DNA of 64,000 nucleotides, from NCBI GenBank assembly GCA_013265495.1, contig MU057796.1, positions 310,001 to 374,000 of the forward strand. Reading direction: 5' to 3'. A model generated the notes under the pieces. That model saw only the letters and a list, made by a program, of their open reading frames with translations, was not told where the DNA came from and did not search any database. The translations under genes were made by a program, and so were the position numbers. Source of the stretch: Vicugna vicugna (Eukaryota). How positions within the stretch are numbered: position 1 is the stretch's first letter; the number at the start of each line of letters is the position of its first letter. This document shows, piece by piece, positions 1 to 11,406 of this stretch.

Positions 1-19
1 TAAGATCCACAGGCTTCCA

Positions 20-680
20 GTAATATCTGCTGTGCAGACACCAGCCAAACCCATCAGCACCCTGTGCCTTTCTTCCTTCTTCTCCTCATCACTGAGCTTA
101 GGGAGGATGACTTCCCAGCCCCAAGGGGCTGAATCCAGATTAGGTGAAGCCTGCTATGCCAATCCCATTTCCTTTGCCCATGACTGGATGAGGGAAAGGG
201 AAGTCACAGAGTTCTGATGGAGGGGGTGTTGGGGAAGTATGTTGGGCAGGTTCTAGGACAGAATATTTGCATTTATTTGGAGACAGAGAGAGTAATGGAC
301 TTTTCTGTCTCCGAATGTGTTTGAGTGAGAAGAACTCAAGCTGGTGTCATCATTTTTCACTCTAAAATTCAGTTAGGGCCAAAGCTAAGACTCCAAGGAT
401 GGAAGGGTTAATAGGTGAACAATCATCCCAGTTGTCCAGACCAAGAATGTTTCCAGGACTTTGAACTTTAAACACTAAAACCAGGAGTTGTCGGCCACAA
501 TTGGGACAAGTTAGTTAACTTAGGAGAGAAAAGCTGGGGTATTTGGCAGTGTCCTCAAACTGCTGAGTTAACCAGCTCTGCAAAGCCCTCTGGACTTCCA
601 TCCTTGTGATGAATGTCCTTATTGTTTATACCATTCTGAGTTGTGTCTTGTTTCATGTGGCTGAAATTCCTAAGTGACCA
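20..680 (+). mobile_element. Old MaLR (MLT1-type) LTR remnant
   Basis: MLT1-like motifs (ccaatcccatttcctttgccca, ccttattgtttataccattctgagttg); diverged, boundaries approximate. Confidence 0.5.
403..521. mobile_element. hAT-Blackjack MITE (MER81/MER94-like) nested in the LTR
   Basis: aggtgaacaatcatcccagttgtcc ... gggacaagttagttaactta resembles the TAGGGTGACC-type terminal inverted repeats. Confidence 0.45.
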
Positions 681-2469
681 GTAAGGAAGGAATTTTATTC
701 AAAATAAAGCACAACAAAAATAACTAGTGCTATGGTCATAGGAAGACATGGCCTTTTAAAATGGGCTCTTCTTAATCCAAAATCTTCCACTTATAGTCTA
801 TTAACCAACTCATGGGCACATTAAAATTCATGTAATAGAAATTAATAATCCATTCATAACCAGCCATATCATTTTGCCTTAACGCTTTACATGAACACTC
901 TTTTCTCTTACAGTGTAGTTAATTCCTAGAAATATAAATACTCATAAGGCAGACTAACCCTGGACTATTGTTCAAACATCTTTTACGTTAACAGGAATAA
1001 AAGTCAAATGAGCAGGTAAGAATTTAACAAGTGAAATAAAGTCTTGATTAGCAGCTTCAAATAGCAAGCACCAACAAAACAAGGGGACTTTGATGTTTAT
1101 CTTTTTAAAATTAATTTTTCTTTCGTTTAGCTAACTGTAGATTCACTGACTATCATTTTCATCATCTGGAGCTGTATTTGTCGTTCTGTGCTTCCAGGGA
1201 GAAGGATTATATTAGAAGTCTGTCTCAAAGTCTAAGCAAAGTATTAGACAGAGACTTGTATTCTTCAGCTTGCTCCTCACTTGACTTCCTCACAAACACC
1301 ACTGAGTATCTGTGGAGTGATTGTTGAGTACCGACCTCACACGTGACCTCAGACAATCAATTCTGTCATCTATTTAAACACAAGAAGAATGGTAGATCTT
1401 CAAGCCAACGGAATTGCTTAATTGCCTAGGTATCATGGCAATAACAATTCTGTAGAGAAAGTGCCAGAGATAATTGGACATCATAACATTTGGCAATGGA
1501 AATGCTGGTCTGGAAGGCTCTTTCTCAGTGAGTGCCTTGGGGATCTGTTTCCAGCCAGCTCTCCTGTTAAATGTGCTGTGATACCACTCAAGAAACGAGG
1601 AAATGTGGTTGGCAGTGGAATCATCAGCTCCCTGACTGCACTCAGCTATTTATCTCCCTTTGTCAGAGTGGATGGTGGCAGATTTTGGTGTCTGGTCAAT
1701 TGAGGCTCTGAATCAGTGAACTGGCAGGACTTGTGATGGACAATCAGTGATGATAGCCACCTGAGGGAAATCCTCAGCTGACTTAAGGAGGCCTCACACT
1801 TTGTGGAAGGATCTGTAATCGCACTTTGTAATTTGTACAATTTTAACAGATATTTCTCCTTAGAAAAAGATAAAAGTTTTTAAAGGATTCCAAATTAAAC
1901 CCTTCTCCTAGCTCCATATATATATATATATTTTGTTTTCAGATCAAATAAGAAAATCCAACAGTGAGAATATTTCATTTCCAAAATAATGTGTTTTCAA
2001 TTAGTTGTTAATTTACAACTACCTGAGTTTTAATCAGACTTTTCTTGCCTTCTAGTATTGAAGTTTTTTCTTACAGAGAATTTTCTCTGATGAAAATATA
2101 TGGTTATAAATGTTTGACTTTATCACTCTGTCGTTACTCATTTAACTTTCCCAAAGAAGCTTCACTCTGCCTCTTTAACTATCCTTAAGCATGTTCCCAC
2201 TAAGCACTCTGGGTATGCACCATAATAAGTAAAGTTTCCTACTTTTATAAGTCAAAAGCAAGTATCAAATCAATTATTGCTTCAGGAAGGAATTAAGGAA
2301 AGATCATAGAAATCATTTATAATTTTCCCCAAAGAAAATTAGGGGAATCCTAAATTTCCTTCCAAGCCAATACTCTATATGCCTTATTTTTTTCTCCCCC
2401 TAAAATAAAATTGTAGAGCATCGAAGCTTTAAACTAGAACAAAGACCAGAAATTTTGTAATCCTATGGC

Positions 2470-2655
2470 CTTGGAATTCAAATTTTTGTTTTGCCACTTG
2501 CCTGTGTTACGCGCATTAAGTTAGACTCTCAGAGATTCGGTTTTGCTCATTCGAATGTTGGGAATCATAATATCTGCTGTACAGGGCTGTTTTATATTAG
2601 ATGATATAAAGCAGTTAGTAGAGTGGCATACAGGTGTCAATAAATGGTGTCACTG
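2470..2655 (+). mobile_element. MIR SINE
   Basis: MIR core-like motifs (ttcaaat...tgccacttgcctgtgt, ctctcagag...ttttgctcat, gggaatcataatatct). Confidence 0.55.
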
Positions 2656-3056
2656 TAATTAGTAGTAATTTTGATTTGTGTTACTCCTAACTATGTGCCC
2701 AGTTTCTTCATTTGACTTCATATTGCCCTGTCAACTTGACATGTTTATCAACCTGCTAGTCTCCTCAAAAACACGACCTCCTTTCCCTGATACTTTACAT
2801 TTTTTTAATTGTCACCACTCTTTCAGCCAAAGCACTTTGGTACTACCTTTGGGGTTTTTGTATAAAAGAAAAATAAGTAATTATTGTTTTCATAGTTATA
2901 AAGTTGATTATTCTTTATAGATACATGTGATGAATATACAAACAAACAAAAAATGCACTGTAAGTCATTATCAATATCAGAGAGGAAAAGAAAAGAAGAA
3001 CAAAAACAAATTTTCTTGCTTTTCTTCCACAGGGTCATTTTACAGGAGAGAATTAA

Positions 3057-3527
3057 CTGTTGTAATAATTTCTTCGGGCTACCTTAACAAATTACGATAA
3101 ACTGGGTGGCTTAAAATGACAGAAATATATTTTCTTACAGTTCCATAGGCCAGAAGTCCAAAGTCAAGGTGTTGGCAGGGTTGGTGCCTTCTAGGGGCGC
3201 TGAATGAGAACCTGTTCCCTGCTTCTCTTCTAGCTTCTGCTGGTTGCAGAGATTACTTGGCATTTGGCTAGTGTCTGCATCACTCCAGTCTCGGCCATCT
3301 TCCTTACATGGCCTTCTTCCCTTTGTGTCTCTTCTGTGTCTCTGTGTCTCTTTAAATCTCCCTCTCCTTCTAAGGACAATAGTCATTGGACTTAGGCTCC
3401 TCCCCCAGTCTAACATGACTTCATCTTAACTTGGTTACATCTACAAAGAATCTATTTCTAAATAAGGTTGCATTCTGAGCTTCCTGATGGACATGAATAT
3501 TGGCGGGATACAAGTCAACCAAGTACA
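3057..3527 (-). mobile_element. MaLR LTR (MLT1B/C-like)
   Basis: taacaaattac...aactgggtggcttaaaa...acagttc...ggccagaagtccaaagtcaaggtgttggcaggg ... gacttcatcttaacttggttacatct. Confidence 0.85.
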
Positions 3528-4599
3528 GCTATAAGTAAAAATTGATTAAAAAAAAGAGGAAATAAAGTGAGATTTCACTCTTTTAAAGACACTACCACAG
3601 AATCAGTCTTTTTTTATTTGCTCTCCTTTTTTGTTTCTTTTTAATTCTTACTGTGACTAACCTAGATAAAGTACAGAGTTAATATTTTTTTAAGTGTGTA
3701 ATCTGATCTTTTTTGATTCCTCCAGTCCATAAACTTGGCCCTGATTGGTTTGGGACAGCCATCTCATGGCTGTGAGAGAGGAGAAATAGGATTTGTTATT
3801 TGTATAGAAATAATATCACTCTTTGACGTTCAAAATAGGTCTTTGCAGCCAAGATGATTCCCCTGTAAACCTTCTATTTAGTTGAAAAGGAATTTAATAA
3901 ATTCTTTTGGCACTAGTCTCCCTACATTTTGGCATATTAATTGCTAAACCAGGAATTTGGGTCATAGAGTAACCCTCTAAATATAGAAAATACCAATTAT
4001 TGTGATTAATGCTTAGCTAGTTATTTGGAATTAGAAAGTACAAGGTAGATAAAAATTCCCTGGTTTCCTGGATAGTGGGAAGAAAATTGGGGGAGAAAGG
4101 GAGAAGAATTAAATAAGAAGACACGGGTAAAAAACTTATCTTCTAGCTAGGATGAAAAAGTTCATGATGGGCCATCACTCCTGTCATAATAAAATGGATA
4201 GCCATAAAATCTACATATGTTTTAAAGACAGCCGAGAGCTACAGGTGCACAGAAATATAAAGGGACTATGTTCCACAAAAGGGTAAGCCTTTCCTGAGTG
4301 AGCAAAGACTGGTAGCCAATTTCATCCCAGAATGAAATTGTCCTGTCTGAACATGGGCGGGACAATGATTAGGTCTGCAGGCAGAAGGACTTTTCAGGGT
4401 AAGGAGGTACCAGCAGAACTTTAAACCATCTGGTGATAGATTGGAATGTGGAGCAGCCTCAACTCACCCTAGTTACCAGATAGAAGAAAAGGGTATGTCC
4501 TTTTCTGGGAGTAAAATACTCCTTACTTCCGTGTATGCAAATCTTTATTTAGAGTCTCTGACACACAGTAAAAACAATGAGAAACTTGCAAACAATTAT

Positions 4600-5558
4600 G
4601 AGAAAATAACCATCACAAAAGATAGCTAAAAGGAACTGACCCACAGATGACCCAAGTGTTGGAATGAGCATATTAAAGTCTTCAACAATTATAATTGTCT
4701 TAAGGAAAATACAGGAAAGGATGGGAAAAAACCAATGAAAAGATGTAGAATTTTAAAAGAGTAAGAAAATGCTATGAAAGAACCAAATTGACATTCTAAG
4801 ATTGGAAAATATAATATCTGAAGTTAGAAATTCATTGAATGGGCTTATTGGCAGACTGGACACAAGGACAATAAAAAATGGTCTAATACTTGTAATTGGA
4901 ACCCCTGAGGGGGAAGGGTGGGAGAATGAGGCAGAATAAATATTTCGAGAATGGCTGAAACTTTTCCAAAGTTGATGATAGATATCAACCCACAGATTCA
5001 AGAAGTTCATCAAATTTCCATCTGGCAAAATACTAGGAAAGCTACACATTGGCACATCATAGTCAGATTGCTGAAAAGCAAAGCAAAGAGCAGCCAGAGG
5101 AGAAAAGACACATTACATTCAGAGGAACAAGAGTAAAGTTGACTTCTTGTCAAAAACAATAGAAGTTAGAAACAATGCCATGACTTCTTTAGAATGCTTA
5201 GTAAAAAATATGCCTGCCTAGGATTTTATACCCAGCAAAAATAAATTTCAAAATGAACCTAGCATAAAGACATTTTCAGATAAACATAAGCTGGAAGAAT
5301 AATTTCCCAGATGATCCAATACTGTAAGAAGTAATACAGAAGAACTTTCAAGCTAATAGAGAAATACTCCCAAACTGAAGCACAGATCTATAGAAATGAA
5401 TGAAAAATATCATAATAAGTAATTTTAAAATATTTTGAATGTTTTCTATTGAATTTTTATGTACTTTATAATACACACAAAAATAAAATACATGATAAAA
5501 AGAGCAGGAGGGGTTAGTGAAATTATAGTTTGTAAGGTTCTTGTATATGAAGTGATAA

Positions 5559-5597
<39 letters not shown>

Positions 5598-5980
5598 TCA
5601 TGGTAAACTGAGAATGTTGAGTGTGCATATAATAATGTCAAGAGTTAACCATTAATGAAATGTGGAAATGTATAGCTAAAAAGGTAAAATGAAAAAATAA
5701 AATTTTTGTTTAGTATAAAGGAAGGCTGAGATATTTGAACAAACAGCAAGATAGTAGACTTAAGCCATATCAGTATTACATTAAGGGCAAAAGGAATAAA
5801 TATTCCATTGTCTGATGTTAGTTTGAATACCAAAAGAAGATCTAATTATGTGCTGTTGATAAGGGTCACACTTTAAACACAGGGCACTGATACGTTGGTT
5901 GAAAGTAAAATGATTTTAGAAATTATGCTATGCAAACACTATGAAAAGCTGATGTGGCTGTATTAATATCAGACAACATC
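4600..5980 (+). mobile_element. Old L1 (L1M-type) ORF1 and start-of-ORF2 remnant
   Basis: ORF 4951..5136 MAETFPKLMIDINPQIQEV...HIIVRLLKSK is L1 ORF1p-like; endonuclease-start-like sequence at ~5770-5975. Confidence 0.8.
5559..5597. repeat. (AAT)13 microsatellite
   Basis: Direct reading. Confidence 0.95.
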
Positions 5981-5989
5981 TGATCAAAT

Positions 5990-6360
5990 GCCTATTCAAA
6001 TCTTTTCTCGGTTACCATATAATCATCTTAAACTCAACTTGGTGAAAAGTGAACTCTACTTATTCAGCTTGTGTTGAAGCCTTTTTATTTTAATTTAAGG
6101 TGACAGTATTATATCAGTTTTTAAGTCCAAAGTTCTTGGAATTATTTCTTTCATGCTTCACATCGAATCCCCAAGGAATTCCTATTGCCTCTACTATTAA
6201 AATACATTCAGAATCTAACCACTTTGTACCATCTCCATTGCTACCACCCTGGTCTAACATATCAGGAGCTTGAACTGGCTTTCTGCAGTAGGTTCTAACT
6301 GAAGTCTACACTTATATACTCCATTGCACAGAAGTTTTTCAATATAGAAGCTGGAACGAT
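5990..6360 (+). mobile_element. L2 LINE fragment
   Basis: aaactcaac...tgaactc; aaatacattcagaatctaaccactt...ccatctccattgctaccaccctggtcta are L2 motifs. Confidence 0.65.
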
Positions 6361-6399
6361 CTTTTCTTTCTTCTCAAGAATGAGAGGCTTATTTATACA

Positions 6400-6935
6400 T
6401 TTATTTTAAATATTTTTAAAATTGGGATGAAATTAATGTGATAACCACAAAAGAAGCCTAACCATCTTAACGTGTACAATCCAGTGCTATTTACTACACT
6501 CAAAACAATCTGTAACTGCTACCTCTATTTAAAGTTCCAAAACATTTTTATCATCCCCAAAGAAAACCCCATACCCATTAAGCAATCACCCTCCTTTCCC
6601 TACTCCCTCCATCCACCGGCAACCACCAATTGCTTTCCGTTTCTATGAACTTACCTATCACGGATATTTCGTTAAGTGGGGTTGTTCAATATATGACTTT
6701 TGTGACTGTTTATTTCACTTATCATAATGTTTACAAGGTTTATCCATGTTGTGCATCTATCAGTACGTCATTCCTTTTTATGGCTGAATAATAGCCCATT
6801 GTTTGTGCATATCACATGTCATTTATTCATTTATCCATTATTGACTTTTTTCCCCCCAGCTTTTGGCTATTGTGAATAGTGCTGTATGATCATTTGTGTG
6901 TACGTATTTGTTGGGAGTCCCTATTTTTAGTTCTT
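6400..6935 (-). mobile_element. L1 3' end (L1MB/ME-like)
   Basis: ggcaaccaccaat...tttcacttatcataatg...atccatgttgt...ttttatggctgaataata...ttggctattgtgaatagtgctg. Confidence 0.85.
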
Positions 6936-7198
6936 ATTTTTATTTGAAAATTTTGAAACAATTACAGACTCACACAAGAATTTAAGAACAGTACAAAGAA
7001 CACTTATTTCCTGAATCATTTGCGACTATGTTGCTGGCCTTATGCCCCAACTTTCTGTATACCTTAGCGAGTATTTCCTACAAACAAGGACACTCTCCTA
7101 AGTAACCCTAAGACGACCACTAGAATTGATATATTACTACCATCCTGTCTTCAGACCTCATTCAAGTTTGCCAATTATCCTAATAATAGTAAAAAAAA

Positions 7199-9877
7199 TT
7201 TTTTTTTTTTTTTTTTGCTGTTCAGACTGTTTATTTGCTTCTCTGGGAAAGTCAAGAATATTTCATCATAATTGAAAGCAGAGGGGCGGCACGGGCACTT
7301 CAGCGGGGGCTCACAGCTCGAGGACTCGGGCAGACTCCAGTAGGGAGGGGGATTCCACGGCCACTGCCCAGGGTCACCTCAGAGAGGGTCTTTCCTCCCA
7401 GCCACCCAGGGGCGGAGCTGAGATGGGGACCCAGGCTGTGGTCCAGGGTGGCCCCTACACCCACCCTGCTGAGGCAGGAGCAGCCTGTGCCCTAGGCACC
7501 AGCCTGCAGGCTCCTGGGAGAGGGGCTGTGATGGGGCCTGGTCGTCCACAGTCCACAGGTGAGGAGCTGTGAGCACGTGCATGAATGTGCCTCTGGGGAT
7601 GAGCGTGGCTGCCACCAGGGAGATGTATGTTCATCTCTGGGTGTCAGCTGCTCTCAGGAGGGGAGCCCCTCGCCCCTCACCTCTTCCATTGAGGGGGGCA
7701 GGCGCACATCAGGCTGGGCAGCAAATGACAGTCTCCAGCTGCAAACCAGGGGATGCTCCCTGCCCTGGGCTGTGTCCCCCTCCACTGCCCAGAATGCGCC
7801 AAGCCCAGCAGAGCTGGCGGTGGGCCTGATCTCTGGGCTATGGTTGGGGAGACCCAGAATCCTGGTCCAGGCAGGCTGGAGAAGGGGCTGGGGGCAGCCC
7901 CCCAGGGTCCCCAAATTAGCACCAGGAGGAAGGAGGGCCCAGTGGGGGTGGGAGCTCAGGACAAGAAAGGGCTCATGTGGCCCTGCCTTGTACAGGAGGC
8001 AGCTCAAAGACCTCTGGCCCCGCCTGGCCAGAAGACAACACAGGGGTCACACCCTTCCCGAGTGGGGGGCGTGTCCCCGGGGCTCCCCCTTCCCAGGCTC
8101 CATCATCTGCTGGCTGTGCCAAAGAGTGTGTGTGGGGAGGGGCACACGAGGCTGGGAGTGTCCTGAGGGGGCCGTGCTCCATTCTAAGACTTCGAGCCTG
8201 GTCTCCCTAGAGAGGCACAGCATCACCCTGACTGCCCAAGATCCGGACCCAGTGCCTCAGCCTTCACTTCCAGAGGCTGAGTGGGGACAGAGCAGTCCCC
8301 CAGAACCCCTGGCTCCCCAAGTCTCTCTCTGGCAGGGTGTCCCCTCAGGGACCTCATTGGAGGTGGCAGGAAGGCACAGGCAAGAGGCCCAGAGGTGGCA
8401 GGTTGGCCTGGGGCTATGTGGAGGCCCCGGGTCACATCGGCCAGGACCGCTGTGGGCTAGAGCCACCTTGTGGAGCTGCTGCCACGTGAGAGGCCCTCGT
8501 GCAGGGAGAAGCGGGAATGTCCGTGTCTCTCCTACCAGGCATGAGTGCACGGCTCAGTGGTTTAGGGTGCGTGGGTGTGGTGATGGGATGGCGGACCCCT
8601 GAGCCTCTCTTTCCAGTGAAAGATAGCTCAGGAGGAACACGTGACGACACAGCGCGTCCTGGGCCCATGACTGCGGGTGGAGGGTGGGCGGGCGCTGTGA
8701 GGGCCCGGCTGTGGGTGTCCGGTGCAGAGGCAGGGCCGGGCGGTTCACACGATGGAGCAGCGTTTACAGCGCTGCTTCTTCATGTCGAGGTCCTGGGCGT
8801 CACTGGCGGGGGCCTCAGGCCCCACCTGGTTCTCCTCTCTGGAGCCCTCAGTGGCGGGGGGGCTCGGCTGCACTGCCGTTGGGCGGGGCAGGCTCCTGGG
8901 GCTCGGCTGCGTCTTCGATGACCCCTAGCTCCGCGGTGACGGTGTCCTGCAAGCCCAGCACCTTCTGGGTCTCGGCCTCACCACCACGTTCTGGTAGCCC
9001 ATGAAGATCATGGTGACTGGGGGCTCCTGGCCAGGCTGGATGCCTGGCGGGCCCGACGTGGCCTCCCCGGGCTGGGTCCGAACTCCCGTGATCTCCTGCC
9101 TGGAGGGCGTGGTCCGGATGGCCTCCTCCGACGGTGGTCCCCGGGGCTCCACTGGCCCTGCCGCGGACCCCGCTTCGCTCAGCGTGACCTCGTCTGCCTT
9201 GTGGATGAGTTCGTCCACCTCAGAGGAGCTCAGGGGGTGGATCCCATTCTCCGCAGTGCCGTCCACGGCATGGACCACTGCCTTCATCATGGTGGAGCCT
9301 TCGACCATCCTCATGGGGGTGTTGGAGATTCTCTTCCCTTTGGGCGTGCCCACCGGTGTCTGCTGAGAATTCAGCACCACCTCTGCCTTCTGGTCCTCCT
9401 GGGCGGGGGGCAGGGCCGGGGCCGAGGCGCGGGCTGGGCTCGGGGCTGCTGTGCCCTCCTTGGTGGCAGGCAGCGCATCGGGGTCTTCTAGCTCCTCAAT
9501 CTCCTTCTCCAGCCCGGAGATGGAGCCCTCCAGGAGCCGTGCCTTCTGCTCATCCTCCTGCGTCTGCCTCCTCATGTCCTCGTCCCCCTCGGGAGGCGGA
9601 GGACGGCGTCCCCTCCAGCAGCCAGTGTTCCCGCAGCGCCTTGGACTTCAGGTGCTGCAGCTGCCGCCGGCCTTCCTCCGACTGCCGGCGCCTTCTCTCG
9701 ATCTCTGCCTGCCTCCTCTGCTTCTCTGCAATGGCCTGGAGCCGCTCCTGCTGGGATGTTGTCTCTGCCGCCATTTCCCCGCCGAGGTCCGTGGGTCCGC
9801 GAGGCCGAGGCCGGGTGGGCGCGGGGGGTGCGCCGCAGCCGCCGCCGCCGCGCTTCGCTCTCGCCCCCTCCCGCCCC
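7199..9877 (-). pseudogene. PALM: Processed pseudogene (retrocopy) of paralemmin-1, near full-length mRNA: GC-rich 5'UTR, intronless CDS remnant 9792-8745, ~1.5 kb 3'UTR, poly(A)
   Basis: Minus-strand translation matches paralemmin-1: AAETTSQQERLQAIAEK...LQHLKSKALREHWLLEGTPSSAS, NSQQTPVGTPK, VVHAVDGTAENGIHPLSSSEVDELIHKADEVTLSE, QEPPVTMIFMGYQNV, DLDMKKQRCKRCSIV* (stop 8745-8747). There are no introns. AATAAA lies at 7230-7235 (minus) and the poly(A) is the T-run 7199-7216. Frameshifts at ~9591-9593 (+1), ~8981 (-1) and 8856-8862 (+1). Degenerate TSD cctaataata (7179-7188) / cctaacaata (9876-9885). Confidence 0.96.
8690..9877. promoter_or_regulatory. CpG-island-like segment carried by the PALM retrocopy
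   Basis: Visibly very GC-rich with many CpGs, a (GCC)n run at ~9831-9850 and a GC-box-like ccgccc at 9871-9876, within an AT-rich, CpG-poor window. Regulatory activity is not shown. Confidence 0.5.
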
Positions 9878-10665
9878 TAACAATATTCTTTATAGCAAAA
9901 AGATTTTACGCAGAATCGCATATTGCATTTAGTTGTCAGGTCTTTTTTTTTTTTTAATTTCCTTCAGTGGGAAAAAATTTCTCTCTTGAACTTACGTGGT
10001 GTTGCCATGTTTAAAAATTACACGCAGGTGATTTTGTAGAATATCCCCCAGTTTGGAGTATCTGAAGGTTCCTCATGATTAGATTCAGATTGTACATCTT
10101 GGTGAAGGATATCATAGAAATGATGCTGTGTTCTCTCAGACGATACATGATTTCAGTCACTGGTGCTGTGCACTCTTTTCCCATTTATAATTAATAAGAA
10201 TTTTGCAGGGAAGAGGTAATTTGAAACTGTGTAAATATGTCATTTGTCATCAAACTTTCCATTTATTCATATGTTTATATCTGTATGGACCTATAATTTT
10301 CTATTTCATTCAATGAGTTATAATTTGTTCCTTTTATTATTTATTGTAATGCTCAAATGGCCCATATTTGATCAATGGGAACCCCTTCAAGCTAGCTTCT
10401 GTGTCTTTTTAACATGTCGCCTTTTTAATACTTCTGTGATTTCTAGTACAAGAAGGTATGTCATGTTCATCTTATACATTCCCAGCACTAGCTTTGGAAT
10501 TAATCACTTATCCAAGGAGCCCCAGTTCCTTACAGTGAAACAAAGTATTTAGAAGCCATGATCTGGGTCCTAGTTCTCACTGCTATGGGGGTGTCATTGT
10601 TCCCAGCCCTCTCAGTGGACAGGTTAGGGAGCAGTATTTACACACATACATCCACATTTAGATTA

Positions 10666-11406
10666 TAGGCATACTTCAGAGATAATGTGAGTTTAGTTCC
10701 AGGCCACTGCAATAAAGTGAGTCACCTAAGTTTTTTGGTTTCCCAGTGCATTTAAAAGTTATGTTTATACTATGTTAAGTGTGCAATAGCATTATGTCTT
10801 TAAAAAATGTACATACCTTAATTAAAAATACTTCATTGCTAAAAAATGCTATCGTCTGAGCCTTCAGCAAGTTGTAAATTTTTGTGCAATAGTAGCATCA
10901 AAGATCACTGATCACGCATCATCATAACAAATATAAAAATAATGAGAGTCTGTTTCTGTTTTGCAAAAAAGTTCATCTGTATCACTTTTTTTAGATTCCA
11001 CATATGAGAGATATAGGACATTTGTCTTTGTCTGACTTCATTTAGTGTGTTATAGCACAGGGAACTATTTTCAATACCTTGTAATAACCTATAATGGAAA
11101 AGAATCTGAAAAAGAATATATATGTGTGTGTGTGTGTGTGTATAACTGAATCACTTTGCGGTACACCAGAAACTAACACAACATTGTAAATCAACTATAC
11201 TTGAATAAAACAAATGAGAAATTTTGAAATATTGTGAGAATCACCCAAATGTGACACAGAGATATAAAAGTAAGCAAATGCTGTTGGAAAAACAGTAGAA
11301 AAATAGATTTGCTCCATGCAGGGATGTCACAAACCTTCAATTTGTAAAAAAATGCAGTATCTGTGAAGCACAATAAAGCAAAGCACAATAAAATGATGTG
11401 TGTCTG
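10666..11406. mobile_element. Tigger1-derived internally deleted DNA transposon (Tc1/mariner-pogo) with TA TSD
   Basis: Ends taggcatacttcagagataatgtgag... and ...gcacaataaaatgatgtgtgtctg match Tigger1 termini; flanked by TA at 10664-10665 and 11407-11408. Confidence 0.85.
10946..11212 (+). mobile_element. Short 5'-inverted L1 insertion inside the Tigger1
   Basis: 10946-11048 is antisense L1 3' sequence and ~11051-11210 is the sense L1 3' terminus ending aataaaa. The TSD core aatgaga occurs at 10941-10947 and 11213-11219. Confidence 0.8.

Noticed and set aside
7559..8602. 347-aa plus-strand ORF, the longest in the window
   Set aside because: It is antisense to the GC-rich PALM 3'UTR, starts with GTG, has a G/P/R/W-rich composition and no recognisable domain. 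Long ORFs are expected by chance at this GC content.
8925..9774. PALM ORFs as a functional CDS
   Set aside because: Intronless with poly(A) and TSD and broken by three frameshifts, so called a pseudogene.
8499..9957. Overlapping plus-strand ORFs of 96-174 aa
   Set aside because: Antisense shadows of the PALM coding remnant.
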